Notes: a model not told the origin generated them from the letters alone. Shown: positions 1 through 9,457, counted from the first letter of the stretch. The stretch: DNA of 29,640 nucleotides from a virus (IMGVR_UViG_3300027704_000112:1-29640); one strand, 5' to 3'. A program made the numbers and translations.

Positions 1-127
1 AAATGGCGAATTATTGGTAGTTGTTCAAAGCAGCAGCACAAAACAATCAACGATTGGATCAATTAGTAATTACATAAATTCCATTTCATTGACTGTAGCA
101 GCAGGGCAAACAGTTAACTTGTCAGAC
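1..127. repeat. Terminal direct repeat, copy 1 (circular assembly overlap)
   Basis: 1-127 is identical to 29514-29640. 127 bp is a common assembler k-mer length, and one ORF reads through the junction. Confidence 0.95.
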
Positions 128-409
128 ACTGCTTATGCTAGTTTAAGCCTCTTAAAATTGACGTATACGGCAGCAGGTGGTGCTGAAAACATGACTATGA
201 ATCTACCCGATGCAACAACAAATGCAAACAGGTTAATTAGGTTTATTTCTGACACAACATTTACCACAAATACAAGGGTTAATTTAACTGCTATTAATTC
301 ACAAACAATTGATGGTTCAACAGATGCCTATATAATCAATAAAGAATATGAAGGTGTTCAGTTGTGGAGTGACGGAATAGAATGGTTCATAATTCAAAAG
401 AAAAGTTAA
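1..409 (+). CDS. Virion structural protein (head fibre/decoration-like), 3' part; gene starts at 29467 across the junction (151 aa total)
   Basis: Frame continues from ATG 29467 (MGNLKISELPNATALTNGELLVVVQSS...). Beta-rich C-terminus ends in EWFII. Lies in the head gene cluster. Confidence 0.7.
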   Translation, partial: NGELLVVVQSSSTKQSTIGSISNYINSISLTVAAGQTVNLSDTAYASLSLLKLTYTAAGGAENMTMNLPDATTNANRLIRFISDTTFTTNTRVNLTAINSQTIDGSTDAYIINKEYEGVQLWSDGIEWFIIQKKS

Positions 410-414
410 AAATG

Positions 415-442
415 CAAAATTAATTTCAATAAACGTTATATA
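415..442 (+). promoter_or_regulatory. Putative phage late promoter CAAAA-N14-CGTTATATA
   Basis: CAAAAT at 415, CGTTATATA at 434-442, ATG at 446. Same geometry at three other sites. Confidence 0.75.
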
Positions 443-445
443 AAT

Positions 446-1048
446 ATGAAAGCGAATGATATGGTGAATCAAATCAAAACACTTCTAAACATCGAAGTGA
501 AACTTGAGGAGATGAAATTAGAAAATGGGACTGTTGTCGAAGCAGAATCATTTGAAAGCGGTAGAGAAATTTTCATTGTTACAGATGATGAAAGGGTTGC
601 TTTGCCAGTTGGTGAATATATGCTTGAGGATTCAAGGCTTTTGGTTGTAGAAGAAGAAGGAATGATTTCCGATGTAAGGGAAGTTAGTGATGAAGTTCCG
701 GAAAAAGAAGAAGAGACTGAAGAAGAGACTGAAGATATGGCTGATGAAGGTAACTATGTTACCAAAGATTCATTTAGAGAAATGGAAGCTAAAATTCAAA
801 ATCTTGAAGATGCAATTGCAGATTTAAAATCTGACAAAGTAGAAGCATCTGATGATTCAAGTACTTTAAAGTCTAGAACAGTAAAGGAAGAATTTAGTGC
901 TGAAGAACTTTCATCTGAACCGGCTGCTGAAGCAATCAAACATAACCCGGAAGGGGAGACATTAAAAGAAATGAAATTTGTTTATTCTCCAAATAGAATA
1001 GAAAGTTCATTAGATAGAATTTTAAACAAAATAAATAACATAAAATGA
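446..1048 (+). CDS. Putative capsid scaffolding protein
   Basis: Very acidic 200-aa protein with a coiled-coil stretch, upstream of the major capsid gene. Confidence 0.65.
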   Translation: MKANDMVNQIKTLLNIEVKLEEMKLENGTVVEAESFESGREIFIVTDDERVALPVGEYMLEDSRLLVVEEEGMISDVREVSDEVPEKEEETEEETEDMADEGNYVTKDSFREMEAKIQNLEDAIADLKSDKVEASDDSSTLKSRTVKEEFSAEELSSEPAAEAIKHNPEGETLKEMKFVYSPNRIESSLDRILNKINNIK

Positions 1049-1464
1049 GTACAACAAGTAACACATCAAATGACATTGTATACGTACAAGCATCACAAGA
1101 AATTGTAACCGGATCAGCAGCTATTCCTGCAGGATCAGCAGGGGTTGATCAAAACGTAGCAACAGATGCCTTAATAACCACTCTTCCAAAGATTGAAGCA
1201 GGTGATTTGGGTTTAACATACCTATTTAGAAACACAGGTGCAGATGGAAACAACACAATTACATTGTCTCCAAATGCATCCGATGCAATTCATGGAACTA
1301 TTGCCAATGCTGCTGCTGATTCAGTAGCCGGTGGTGTAGTAGATAAAGATTTTATAAACACAAAAGCAACTGCAAACAAAGGTGATTATGTGGTTTTAAG
1401 GGCAGTAGCCTTAACTGAATGGTACATCATCGGTGGTGTAGGTATTTGGGCATCTGAAGCATAA
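1045..1464 (+). CDS. Virion structural protein (decoration/fibre-like)
   Basis: Lies between scaffold and capsid. Ala/Thr/Gly beta-rich, with a TLP...EWYII pattern shared with the junction-spanning ORF. Confidence 0.55.
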   Translation: MSTTSNTSNDIVYVQASQEIVTGSAAIPAGSAGVDQNVATDALITTLPKIEAGDLGLTYLFRNTGADGNNTITLSPNASDAIHGTIANAAADSVAGGVVDKDFINTKATANKGDYVVLRAVALTEWYIIGGVGIWASEA

Positions 1465-1489
1465 TTAAAAATTTAAAAATATAAAAAAA

Positions 1490-2443
1490 ATGAATTTAAA
1501 AAACATACAATTAGGTACAACTACCAACATTACAACTTCGTATCAAGGTGAATTTGCCGGATCTTATATAGCCGCATCACTTCTTTCAGCAAGTACAATC
1601 AATGATGGTGGTGTAACCGTTAAGCCAAATATTTCTTTTAAAGAAGTAATCAAAAAATTAGACACAGGTTCATTGGTTCAAGATGCCACTTGTGATTTTA
1701 ATCCTAATTCTTCAGTTACTTTAACAGAAGTGATTTTGCAACCGGATGAATTTCAAGTAAATCTTCAGCTTTGTAAGCAGGATTTTGTAAGTGATTGGGA
1801 AAGTCAATCTATGGGATATGGAATGGCGCAAACACTTCCCCCTAAGTTTTCAGATTTTATGATTGCACATGTTGCTGCTGAAGTTGCGCAAAAGACTGAA
1901 ACCACAATGTTTCAAGGATTCGCTGCTAATGTTGGTGAATTTAACGGATACGAAACACTTCTAGCAGGTGATGACACAGTTGTAGATGTTGCTGCCGTTG
2001 GTGGTGGTGTTGATGCTGCGAACGTAATTGCTCAATTATCTAGGGTAGTGGATGCTATTCCTGCAGCACTTTACGGAAAAGAAGATTTATTTCTTTATGT
2101 ACCTTCTAGCATTGCAAAGTTTTACGTCCAAGCATTGGGTGGATTTGCAGCAGCAGGTTTAGGTGCAAATGGTGTGAACAACATGGGAACACAATGGTGG
2201 AATAATGGAAGTTTGACTGTTAACGGAGTGAAGATTTTTGTTTCTCCGGGACTTGCTAATAACAAGATGATTGCAGCGACAAGAAGCAACTTGTTTTTTG
2301 GAACTGGTTTACTAAATGATTTACAAGAATTACGCATAATTGACATGTCAGAAATTGACGGAAGCCAAAATTGCAGATTTGTAATGCGTTATACCGCAGG
2401 TGTAGCCGTGGGAATTGGTTCTGATGTTGTTTTTTATTCATAA
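1490..2443 (+). CDS. Major capsid protein
   Basis: 317 aa, follows scaffold and ends at a strong terminator. Composition and C-terminal RFVMRYTAGV...DVV pattern fit an HK97-fold capsid of Bacteroidota phages. Confidence 0.8.
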   Translation: MNLKNIQLGTTTNITTSYQGEFAGSYIAASLLSASTINDGGVTVKPNISFKEVIKKLDTGSLVQDATCDFNPNSSVTLTEVILQPDEFQVNLQLCKQDFVSDWESQSMGYGMAQTLPPKFSDFMIAHVAAEVAQKTETTMFQGFAANVGEFNGYETLLAGDDTVVDVAAVGGGVDAANVIAQLSRVVDAIPAALYGKEDLFLYVPSSIAKFYVQALGGFAAAGLGANGVNNMGTQWWNNGSLTVNGVKIFVSPGLANNKMIAATRSNLFFGTGLLNDLQELRIIDMSEIDGSQNCRFVMRYTAGVAVGIGSDVVFYS

Positions 2444-2461
2444 TAAATTTTAACCATAAAC

Positions 2462-2497
2462 AAGGGGTAGGTGGGAATGTCTATCTACCCCTTTTTT
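2462..2497 (+). terminator. Rho-independent terminator
   Basis: AAGGGGTAGGTGG/CTATCTACCCCTT stem followed by a T-run after the capsid gene. Confidence 0.85.
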
Positions 2498-2514
2498 ATT
2501 AAAACAAAAAAAAT

Positions 2515-3075
2515 ATGGCTTGTAACGTAACCGCAGGGAGAGTACTTCCTTGCAAAGCAGGATTTGGAGGAATCAAGGCTGCTTACTTTTTTGACTTAGA
2601 TGACTTAAATGGAACTGATAATGCACCCCCAACATATACGCTTGGGAAGATTACTGCATTAGCATCCGGAGCATCTCCGACAGTGTATGAATATGATGTT
2701 AAAAATACATCATCATTAGAAACTGCTATAAATAGTTCTAGGGAAACCGGGACTACATTTTATGAACAAACGCTTAGCTTAACTTTAACTTATCTAGATT
2801 CACCAACACAAGAGCAGATCAAGCTGATTGCTTGGGGGCGTCCTAGTGTGGCGGTTGAAGACTATTATGGTAATATGTTCATTGCAGGATTGGAAAATGG
2901 AATGGAAATGACAGGGGGAACAATAGGCACAGGCACACAACCCGGTGATCTAAGTGGTTTCACTATGACATTAGTAGGTCAAGAAGTTGATCCTGCTACA
3001 TTCATTACACCAGCATTGATAACTGGAGCAACACAAGGAACAAAAATTGATCCTACTGCTACGGTATCACCTTAA
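2515..3075 (+). CDS. Putative major tail (tube) protein
   Basis: 186 aa, N-terminal MAC..TAGR..PCK..GGIK and Thr/Gly-rich beta pattern, followed by a terminator. Confidence 0.65.
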   Translation: MACNVTAGRVLPCKAGFGGIKAAYFFDLDDLNGTDNAPPTYTLGKITALASGASPTVYEYDVKNTSSLETAINSSRETGTTFYEQTLSLTLTYLDSPTQEQIKLIAWGRPSVAVEDYYGNMFIAGLENGMEMTGGTIGTGTQPGDLSGFTMTLVGQEVDPATFITPALITGATQGTKIDPTATVSP

Positions 3076-3094
3076 TTAATTATTCTCTTCTAGT

Positions 3095-3127
3095 AAAAGC
3101 ATCTCTTTGGGGGGGTGCTTTTTTTTT
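3095..3127 (+). terminator. Rho-independent terminator
   Basis: AAAAGCATCTC/GGGGTGCTTTT stem (G-U pairs) with a T9 tail. Confidence 0.75.
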
Positions 3128-3167
3128 GTCTTATTTTCACATTTTTTAACTTTCAAATCTTAAATAG

Positions 3168-3329
3168 ATGCAAGAAATACACAATCAAATTCAATTTTTA
3201 GAATCACAATTAACCGGTAATATGTTTAATGATATGGAAATAAAAGATAAAATACATAATTTAAAAATGAAAGTAAGTGGTTCTAAACCGTGTTCATCGG
3301 AAATTGATTGTGTGGGGTGTGGTTCTTAA
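3168..3329 (+). CDS. 53-aa protein ending in CxxCGS (not in ORF track)
   Basis: Manual translation: MQEIHNQIQFLESQLTGNMFNDMEIKDKIHNLKMKVSGSKPCSSEIDCVGCGS. Fills the gap between terminator and late promoter. A -7-like TAACTTTC lies at 3147-3154. Confidence 0.75.
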   Translation: MQEIHNQIQFLESQLTGNMFNDMEIKDKIHNLKMKVSGSKPCSSEIDCVGCGS

Positions 3330-3331
3330 AA

Positions 3332-3359
3332 CAAAATCTATCTTTTTTTGCGTTATATA
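3332..3359 (+). promoter_or_regulatory. Putative phage late promoter CAAAA-N14-CGTTATATA
   Basis: CAAAAT at 3332, CGTTATATA at 3351-3359, ATG at 3363. Confidence 0.75.
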
Positions 3360-3362
3360 GGT

Positions 3363-3722
3363 ATGATTGTACTAACAACATCAGCAATTGCACAAACATT
3401 TAAGGTAATACCAAGGGATTATTCTTTAACCGCATTTACAATGAGTATAAGAGACGATAGCACAAATGTGACTGTGACATATAATATTACTGGTGCAAGT
3501 GTGTCGGGTAATTATGTTACTTATCAGAATATATTTTCACCCATTCTAGTTGAAAATCATTTTTATGATATGACGCTTTATGTGGGAACAAACATAATTT
3601 TTAAGGATCGTATATTTTGCACTGATCAAACAATTAATCAAGTTAATAATGATTATTACAAATTAAATGAAGGGCAATTTACAACGGATGATTCTTTTAA
3701 TAATGAATATATTGTAACATGA
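3363..3722 (+). CDS. Putative virion structural protein
   Basis: Start moved to ATG 3363 (MIVLTT...), 3 nt after the promoter motif. ATGA-coupled to the portal. Confidence 0.6.
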   Translation: MIVLTTSAIAQTFKVIPRDYSLTAFTMSIRDDSTNVTVTYNITGASVSGNYVTYQNIFSPILVENHFYDMTLYVGTNIIFKDRIFCTDQTINQVNNDYYKLNEGQFTTDDSFNNEYIVT

Positions 3723-5926
3723 AAAGAAACAATAAAAACTTACCCAAAGGTGTGACACAACAAGCAAATATTGGTGTGATTAATTTAAGCACATATACTT
3801 CACCGGAAGTAATTGAAGTAAAAAATAAAAGTTGGGTTGATTACGGCAGGGATAACAACTATTTTGGTTTCCTTATTGATCGTTTTATGGGATCACCTAC
3901 AAATAATGCAGCTATTAATGGAATAAGTTCTGCCATTTACGGTAAGGGATTAAACGCAACAAACGCAAATAGAAAACCCGATCAGTATGCGCAAATGGTT
4001 TCAATTTTTGGGAAGAATGTTGTAAGAAAATTGTGCTATGATCTTAAATTAATGGGGCAATGTGCAGCGCAAATAATCTATTCTAAGGATAGGAAGAAGA
4101 TTGTTAAAGTTGAACATTTTCCAATTGAGACTTTAAGGGCAGAAAAGGCAAATGAAAAAGGTGATATACCTGCTTATTACTATTTTAAAGATTGGGCAAA
4201 CATTAAACCATCAGATGAACCTTTGAGAATACCGGCATTTGGAATGTCAAAAGATAATATTGAAATTTTTTATATAAAGCCATACAAAGCAGGGTTCTAC
4301 TATTATAGTCCAGTTGACTATGCCGGAGGGATTCAATACTGTGAGGCTGAAGAGCAAGTAAGCAACTTTCATATAAACAACATTCGAAACAGTTTTAGTC
4401 CCAATATGCTCATTAATATGAATAATGGGATACCAAACCAAGAAGAACGGCAATTACTAGAAAGCAAAATAGCATCTAAGTTTTCGGGAACAAGTAATGC
4501 AGGTAAATTTATCCTAAGTTTTAACGCAGATAAAGAATCTGCTGCTGATGTGACACCGATTCAATTAAGTGATGCACATAACACTTATCAATTCCTTTCT
4601 ACTGAAGCTACACAAAAAATAATGGTTTCACATCGCATTGTGTCACCTATGCTTTTGGGTATTAAAGATAATAGCGGATTAGGAAATAATGCTGAAGAAA
4701 TAAAGACTGCAAGTCTTTTAATGGACAACACTGTAATCCGTCCATTTCAAGAACTTATGATTGATGCATTTGATGAAATACTAGCGTATAATAATATTGC
4801 TTTAAATCTTTATTTTGTCACCTTGCAACCGTTAGAATTTACAGAAGTTGACACAACAATACAAAGCCAAGAAGACGTTGAGGAAGAAACAGGTGTACAA
4901 ATGTCATTAAAAGCCTATCCTTGGGATAAGTGCATAAAAGAACAAACCGCAAAATACGGTGCAACGGCAGCCCCTAAGATTTGTGGGTACATTAAGGAAA
5001 ACATGGGAATCAGTTTAAAAGAAATTGATGGAACTGTGGCTTTTGAAACCATAGAAGAAGCTGAAAAAATGGCTGAAATTATGGGGTGTGAGGGACACCA
5101 TACACACATGGAGGATGACAAAGAATGGTTTATGCCTTGTGAATCACATGATGAAGCTATTGATCTTAAAAAGCCCTGTTATGATGGGTATGAAATGATA
5201 GGAATGAAAACCAAAAACGGTAAAAAAGTTCCTAATTGTGTACCCATAAAAGCAAGTGAAGAGACACCCGAATTAACAGATGAAATGGGTGATGAAATAC
5301 TTGCTGAATTAGAAGGTGAAGTTATCACAGATGAGTGGGAACTAGTAGATGAAAGGGATGAAGGAGCAACTGAACCAATAGAAGAATGGGCATCAAAATT
5401 AATTAAACCCAAAAGATCATTATTTAGAAAATTAGCTGATGAAATAAAAAAACCCACTTCTAATTATGTGAGTGGTGTTAATAAAGAAAACATTTTTAGT
5501 GTTCTAGATAAAGGATTATACAAAGTAAGATATAAGTATATTAAAAAATCTAGAAAGCCAAACGAAGAAGGAAACAAATCAAGACAGTTTTGTCAAAATA
5601 TGATGGCTATTGCAAAAAGCGGTGTTATATACAGAATTGAAGAAATTGACAAAGCTAGTGCCGAAGGTGTAAACAAACAACTAGGACACAAAGGGAAGGC
5701 TTACAGCCTATTTAAATTCAAAGGTGGCATCTATTGTCGACACGCTTGGAAAGAGCAGTTATATAGGCTTAAAAAAGGTACAGAAAAAAGCGATAAACTA
5801 AAGGATTACAACAAAGTAAAAAGCGTTCCAAAAAGCTATAAGCCAAAACCCAAAGGATGGAAAGACGCAGCAATAGCACCGGTAAATATGCCAAATGAAG
5901 GAGCATATCCAACTAAAAAGAAATAG
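3719..5926 (+). CDS. Portal protein with long multi-module C-terminal extension
   Basis: First ~375 aa are portal-like (KFSGTSNAGK, SHRIVSPMLLGIK, NTVIRPFQ). The rest is an acidic linker, Cys/His modules and a MuF-like tail (SRQFC...KGGIYCRHAW). Confidence 0.8.
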   Translation: MKRNNKNLPKGVTQQANIGVINLSTYTSPEVIEVKNKSWVDYGRDNNYFGFLIDRFMGSPTNNAAINGISSAIYGKGLNATNANRKPDQYAQMVSIFGKNVVRKLCYDLKLMGQCAAQIIYSKDRKKIVKVEHFPIETLRAEKANEKGDIPAYYYFKDWANIKPSDEPLRIPAFGMSKDNIEIFYIKPYKAGFYYYSPVDYAGGIQYCEAEEQVSNFHINNIRNSFSPNMLINMNNGIPNQEERQLLESKIASKFSGTSNAGKFILSFNADKESAADVTPIQLSDAHNTYQFLSTEATQKIMVSHRIVSPMLLGIKDNSGLGNNAEEIKTASLLMDNTVIRPFQELMIDAFDEILAYNNIALNLYFVTLQPLEFTEVDTTIQSQEDVEEETGVQMSLKAYPWDKCIKEQTAKYGATAAPKICGYIKENMGISLKEIDGTVAFETIEEAEKMAEIMGCEGHHTHMEDDKEWFMPCESHDEAIDLKKPCYDGYEMIGMKTKNGKKVPNCVPIKASEETPELTDEMGDEILAELEGEVITDEWELVDERDEGATEPIEEWASKLIKPKRSLFRKLADEIKKPTSNYVSGVNKENIFSVLDKGLYKVRYKYIKKSRKPNEEGNKSRQFCQNMMAIAKSGVIYRIEEIDKASAEGVNKQLGHKGKAYSLFKFKGGIYCRHAWKEQLYRLKKGTEKSDKLKDYNKVKSVPKSYKPKPKGWKDAAIAPVNMPNEGAYPTKKK

Positions 5927-5929
5927 AAA

Positions 5930-6442
5930 ATGGCAACAGTATTATTCATAAATCGCACCGACTTAGTCAGAAATTCTATCTTAGATGGCAATGTTGACAC
6001 AGACAAATTCATACAATTTATAAAAATCAGCCAACAGATAAACATTCAAAATTATTTAGGCTCAAAATTGTACGATAAATTTACAACCATAATAGGAAAT
6101 GGAGACATAGACACTGCCCCCTTTGCTGATTATAAACTTCTTTTACAAGATTTTATTCAACCCACATTAATTTGGTTTGCCCAGGTGGATTATCTTCCAT
6201 TTGCTGCTTATCAAGTAAAGAACGGTGGGGTGTTTAAACATACTTCAGAAAACGCTGAGACGGTAAGTAAAACAGAAGTGGACTATTTAGTGGAAAAAGC
6301 AAGAACACACGCTGAGTGGTATGCTAGAAGGTTTATAGATCATATGTGTTTTAATCAATCAAAATTCCCAGAATACACCACAAACACAAATGATGATATT
6401 TACCCCAGTTATGACGCAACTTTTAACGGATGGGTTCTGTGA
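5930..6442 (+). CDS. Putative head-tail adaptor/connector
   Basis: 170-aa helical protein directly after the portal. Confidence 0.55.
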   Translation: MATVLFINRTDLVRNSILDGNVDTDKFIQFIKISQQINIQNYLGSKLYDKFTTIIGNGDIDTAPFADYKLLLQDFIQPTLIWFAQVDYLPFAAYQVKNGGVFKHTSENAETVSKTEVDYLVEKARTHAEWYARRFIDHMCFNQSKFPEYTTNTNDDIYPSYDATFNGWVL

Positions 6443-6513
6443 ATTACAAACCGAAGGAAGAAAACATTAAAAAATTAAAAAAGTTTTTATTAAAACTAAA
6501 AAAGAATGGCTAG
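6439..6513 (+). CDS. Possible 24-aa basic peptide
   Basis: GTG start overlaps the upstream TGA. MNYKPKEENIKKLKKFLLKLKKNG bridges exactly into the fibre gene start. Confidence 0.4.
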   Translation: MNYKPKEENIKKLKKFLLKLKKNG

Positions 6514-9457
6514 TTTATTTAATCAACAAATATCAGCAACATATCAAGGGTTATTAAAAACCACAAGCAATGGAATTATTACATCATCACTTGCACAAAT
6601 TACAGATGGAAGTGGAAATGGATCACAGTTGTATCTTTCAACTACTGGTATTAATTTTTATAATGCGTATAGTTTTCCAAATGCAGATGGTTCAGCGAAT
6701 CAAGTTTTAAAAACCAATGGATCGGGTGTTATAGCTTGGGCAGATGATAGCCTTTCAAACACATTAAACTTTATAGGAACAAGTGGAACAGGTTCGGTTC
6801 TTTTAAGTACTCAAAACTTTTCAGTTTTAGGAACTGCAAACGAAATAGTAACAACCGCATCAAGTCAAGCAATTACTTTATCTTTCCCAACTGCAGGGGT
6901 TACTTTACCCAATGGATCAGTAGCGACTACACAGGCTGCTAGTGATAATTCTACAAAAATTGCCACAACCGCCTATGCAGATGCTCAAGCAGGTACAGGA
7001 AATAATATATATAGGGTTGTTAAAAATGTTTCGGGTGCAACTATTAATATTGGTCAGGCAGTCTATTATGTTGATAGCACTGCATCCCCAAAAACAGTAT
7101 CATTAGCAAAATCAAACAGTGTGTCCACAATGCCTGCAATTGGTATTGCAGATGAACAAATGTTAAACAATGCACAGGGAAATGTTTTAGTTTTAGGTGT
7201 TTATACTAAAAGTTTTGGAGATATTAATGCTGAAATTTTTATAAGTGATTCAGTAGCAGGTGAGTATAAAGTTGCATCACAAATAGGCAATGCGTTAGTA
7301 AAGCAAAAAATAGCGGATGTAGTTTCACCTACTAAATGGAAAGTTGTAGCTGATCCAACCACTGTCACAAAAACAAGTGAAACCCCTAATGCCAATAGTG
7401 CAGCTTTTTTTAGCAATGGAAATACTTTAAAAGGAATAAATGCTATTACTTTTAACCCAAATGGAACAATAAATATTGATCCGACCGGTGAAACTATAAT
7501 TAATGGAACTTTTAAAAAGAAAACATCAGGGGTTTTAAATTACACATTTCCTAATGTTGCGCCAACGGCTAACCAAGTTTTAACAGGGGGTGCAACTACT
7601 GCAACTACACTAGTTTGGGTTTCGCCTACAATTGGGACAGTAACAGGTACAGGTACAACAGGGACTCTTTCAAAATGGGCATCAGCATCAAGTTTAACAG
7701 ATAGTTTAATTGTTGAAGCAAGTTCAAATGTTACTATCAATTCAGCATTAATTGTAAATTCAGACAAGACTATACTTTTAAATCAACCAAATACAGAAAA
7801 TCCTGCAGATTTAACTAATTATATTATTGGGGGCGGTTCTGCAATGACAACAGGAAGCAGCAATATAGGTTTTGGGTTTGGTGTTCTTAATTTAAATGAA
7901 ACAGGAATTGCAAATACTGCTATTGGAAAAGATTCTTTAAAAAATAATGTAGATGGAGACAGTAATACTGCCGTTGGGAATTTTTCTTTAAATTTAAACA
8001 CATCAAGTCATAACACTGCTTGTGGCACGGGTACTTTAACATTAAATACACTAGGTAGGTATAACACTGCAATAGGTGCTGATGCAGGAAGTGCAATTAC
8101 TACAGGTTCTAAAAATGTAATTATTGGAAGTTTTAACGGTCGGAGACAAGCAAGTAATATTCCCACACCGCCCATAATTGAATATGATATAAGAACATCT
8201 TCTAATAATATTATTCTTTCAGATGGTGATGGGAATGTAAGGCAAGTTATTAATAGTAATGGTAACGTAGGAATTGGAACTACTTCGCCATTAACGATTA
8301 ATGGAAATGCATCAGCAGGTAGCGGATTGCACGTTAATGCTAGTAGTGGGTTTGGTGTATCGGTTCTAGATGGAGCAGACGGTTGTCAAATGTTTTTCAA
8401 TGATAGGGGAGCAGCATCAAATTCAAGATTATGGCGTTTGTTGTGTAACGATGGTTCGTTCAGTATAAATTCAATGAATGATGACATTAGTGTCAAATCC
8501 TCTGCCTTAACCATCGCATCGGATGGTTTAGCAACTTTTAGTACTATTGGCTCATTTGGTAGCGGATCGGGCAGTAAGTTAAATGTTGGCTCTGATTCGG
8601 GCGGTGCATTTCTTGAGGCTACAAATAGTAAAACTTTTAGGATATTAACAGGGGGTAATGATACATTAAGCATTGCATCAAGTGGTTATATGATACAAGA
8701 TACTTCTGCAAGTACATCTACGTATTTTCAGATAAGGGATCGGGGAACTACTCGGGGTTTTTTTGGAACTGCTGATTCGATCATTACAACGGGTAGCACA
8801 ACTAATTCTGAATTTATTGTCCGATCAGAAGCAGATTTTGCCATTGCTACGGGAGGAGGAACTAGAAGGCTTGCAATTTCATCGATTGGTGATGTGGGGA
8901 TTGGTCATAGTGGTTACAATGGCTATAGATTAATGACTAGGGGTGTTGACACTACTAGTTCTAATTTTGCTTTTTTTGCGGAAAATTCAATCACTCAAGG
9001 GTTGTTATCAGCAAGAAATGATGGATATATTAGATTCAATAACATTGGAAGTACAAGTCCTTATCAATATGCAGTTTCGGGAAGAGATGCAATTCTTAAT
9101 AGTAGTGGTGAGATAGGTACATCTGCATCAATAAGAAAAGCAAAAATTAACATTGAGAATGAAACCAATGTTAGTTGGTTGTATGACTTAAACCCCGTAA
9201 AATTTAATTATAGAAAAAAAGATGAAAAATTAAATTATTTAAACGAAGCAGAGGAAGAGCAAAGGCACGGACTAATTGCCGAAGAAGTTGAAGAAGTAAA
9301 TACTGATTTTTGTTGGTATAACGTGAATGAGGAAGGCGATAAAGATTTAGCGGGAGTTGATTACAAAATGTTAATTACTCCAATGCTTAAAGCAATCCAA
9401 GAACAACAAACCATTATAGAAGATTTAAAAGCACGAATTGAAAAATTAGAATTATGA
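6506..9457 (+). CDS. Tail fibre/receptor-binding protein with C-terminal intramolecular chaperone (peptidase S74-like)
   Basis: DNSTKIATTAY fibre motif, NTA(I/V)G repeats, GNVGIGTTSP motif, and C-terminal LNPVKFNY...GLIAEEV...VDYKML...coiled coil. Confidence 0.85.
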   Translation: MASLFNQQISATYQGLLKTTSNGIITSSLAQITDGSGNGSQLYLSTTGINFYNAYSFPNADGSANQVLKTNGSGVIAWADDSLSNTLNFIGTSGTGSVLLSTQNFSVLGTANEIVTTASSQAITLSFPTAGVTLPNGSVATTQAASDNSTKIATTAYADAQAGTGNNIYRVVKNVSGATINIGQAVYYVDSTASPKTVSLAKSNSVSTMPAIGIADEQMLNNAQGNVLVLGVYTKSFGDINAEIFISDSVAGEYKVASQIGNALVKQKIADVVSPTKWKVVADPTTVTKTSETPNANSAAFFSNGNTLKGINAITFNPNGTINIDPTGETIINGTFKKKTSGVLNYTFPNVAPTANQVLTGGATTATTLVWVSPTIGTVTGTGTTGTLSKWASASSLTDSLIVEASSNVTINSALIVNSDKTILLNQPNTENPADLTNYIIGGGSAMTTGSSNIGFGFGVLNLNETGIANTAIGKDSLKNNVDGDSNTAVGNFSLNLNTSSHNTACGTGTLTLNTLGRYNTAIGADAGSAITTGSKNVIIGSFNGRRQASNIPTPPIIEYDIRTSSNNIILSDGDGNVRQVINSNGNVGIGTTSPLTINGNASAGSGLHVNASSGFGVSVLDGADGCQMFFNDRGAASNSRLWRLLCNDGSFSINSMNDDISVKSSALTIASDGLATFSTIGSFGSGSGSKLNVGSDSGGAFLEATNSKTFRILTGGNDTLSIASSGYMIQDTSASTSTYFQIRDRGTTRGFFGTADSIITTGSTTNSEFIVRSEADFAIATGGGTRRLAISSIGDVGIGHSGYNGYRLMTRGVDTTSSNFAFFAENSITQGLLSARNDGYIRFNNIGSTSPYQYAVSGRDAILNSSGEIGTSASIRKAKINIENETNVSWLYDLNPVKFNYRKKDEKLNYLNEAEEEQRHGLIAEEVEEVNTDFCWYNVNEEGDKDLAGVDYKMLITPMLKAIQEQQTIIEDLKARIEKLEL

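Noticed and set aside
1-127. 127-bp terminal repeat as a biological terminal repeat
   Set aside because: Its length matches a common assembler k-mer and it falls mid-gene, so it is best read as a circular assembly overlap.
1-3000. GATC over-representation
   Set aside because: About eight sites by eye in 3 kb, close to what base composition predicts.
6506-9457. Diversity-generating retroelement or invertible fibre cassette
   Set aside because: No reverse transcriptase or invertase, and no duplicated template or inverted repeats were seen.
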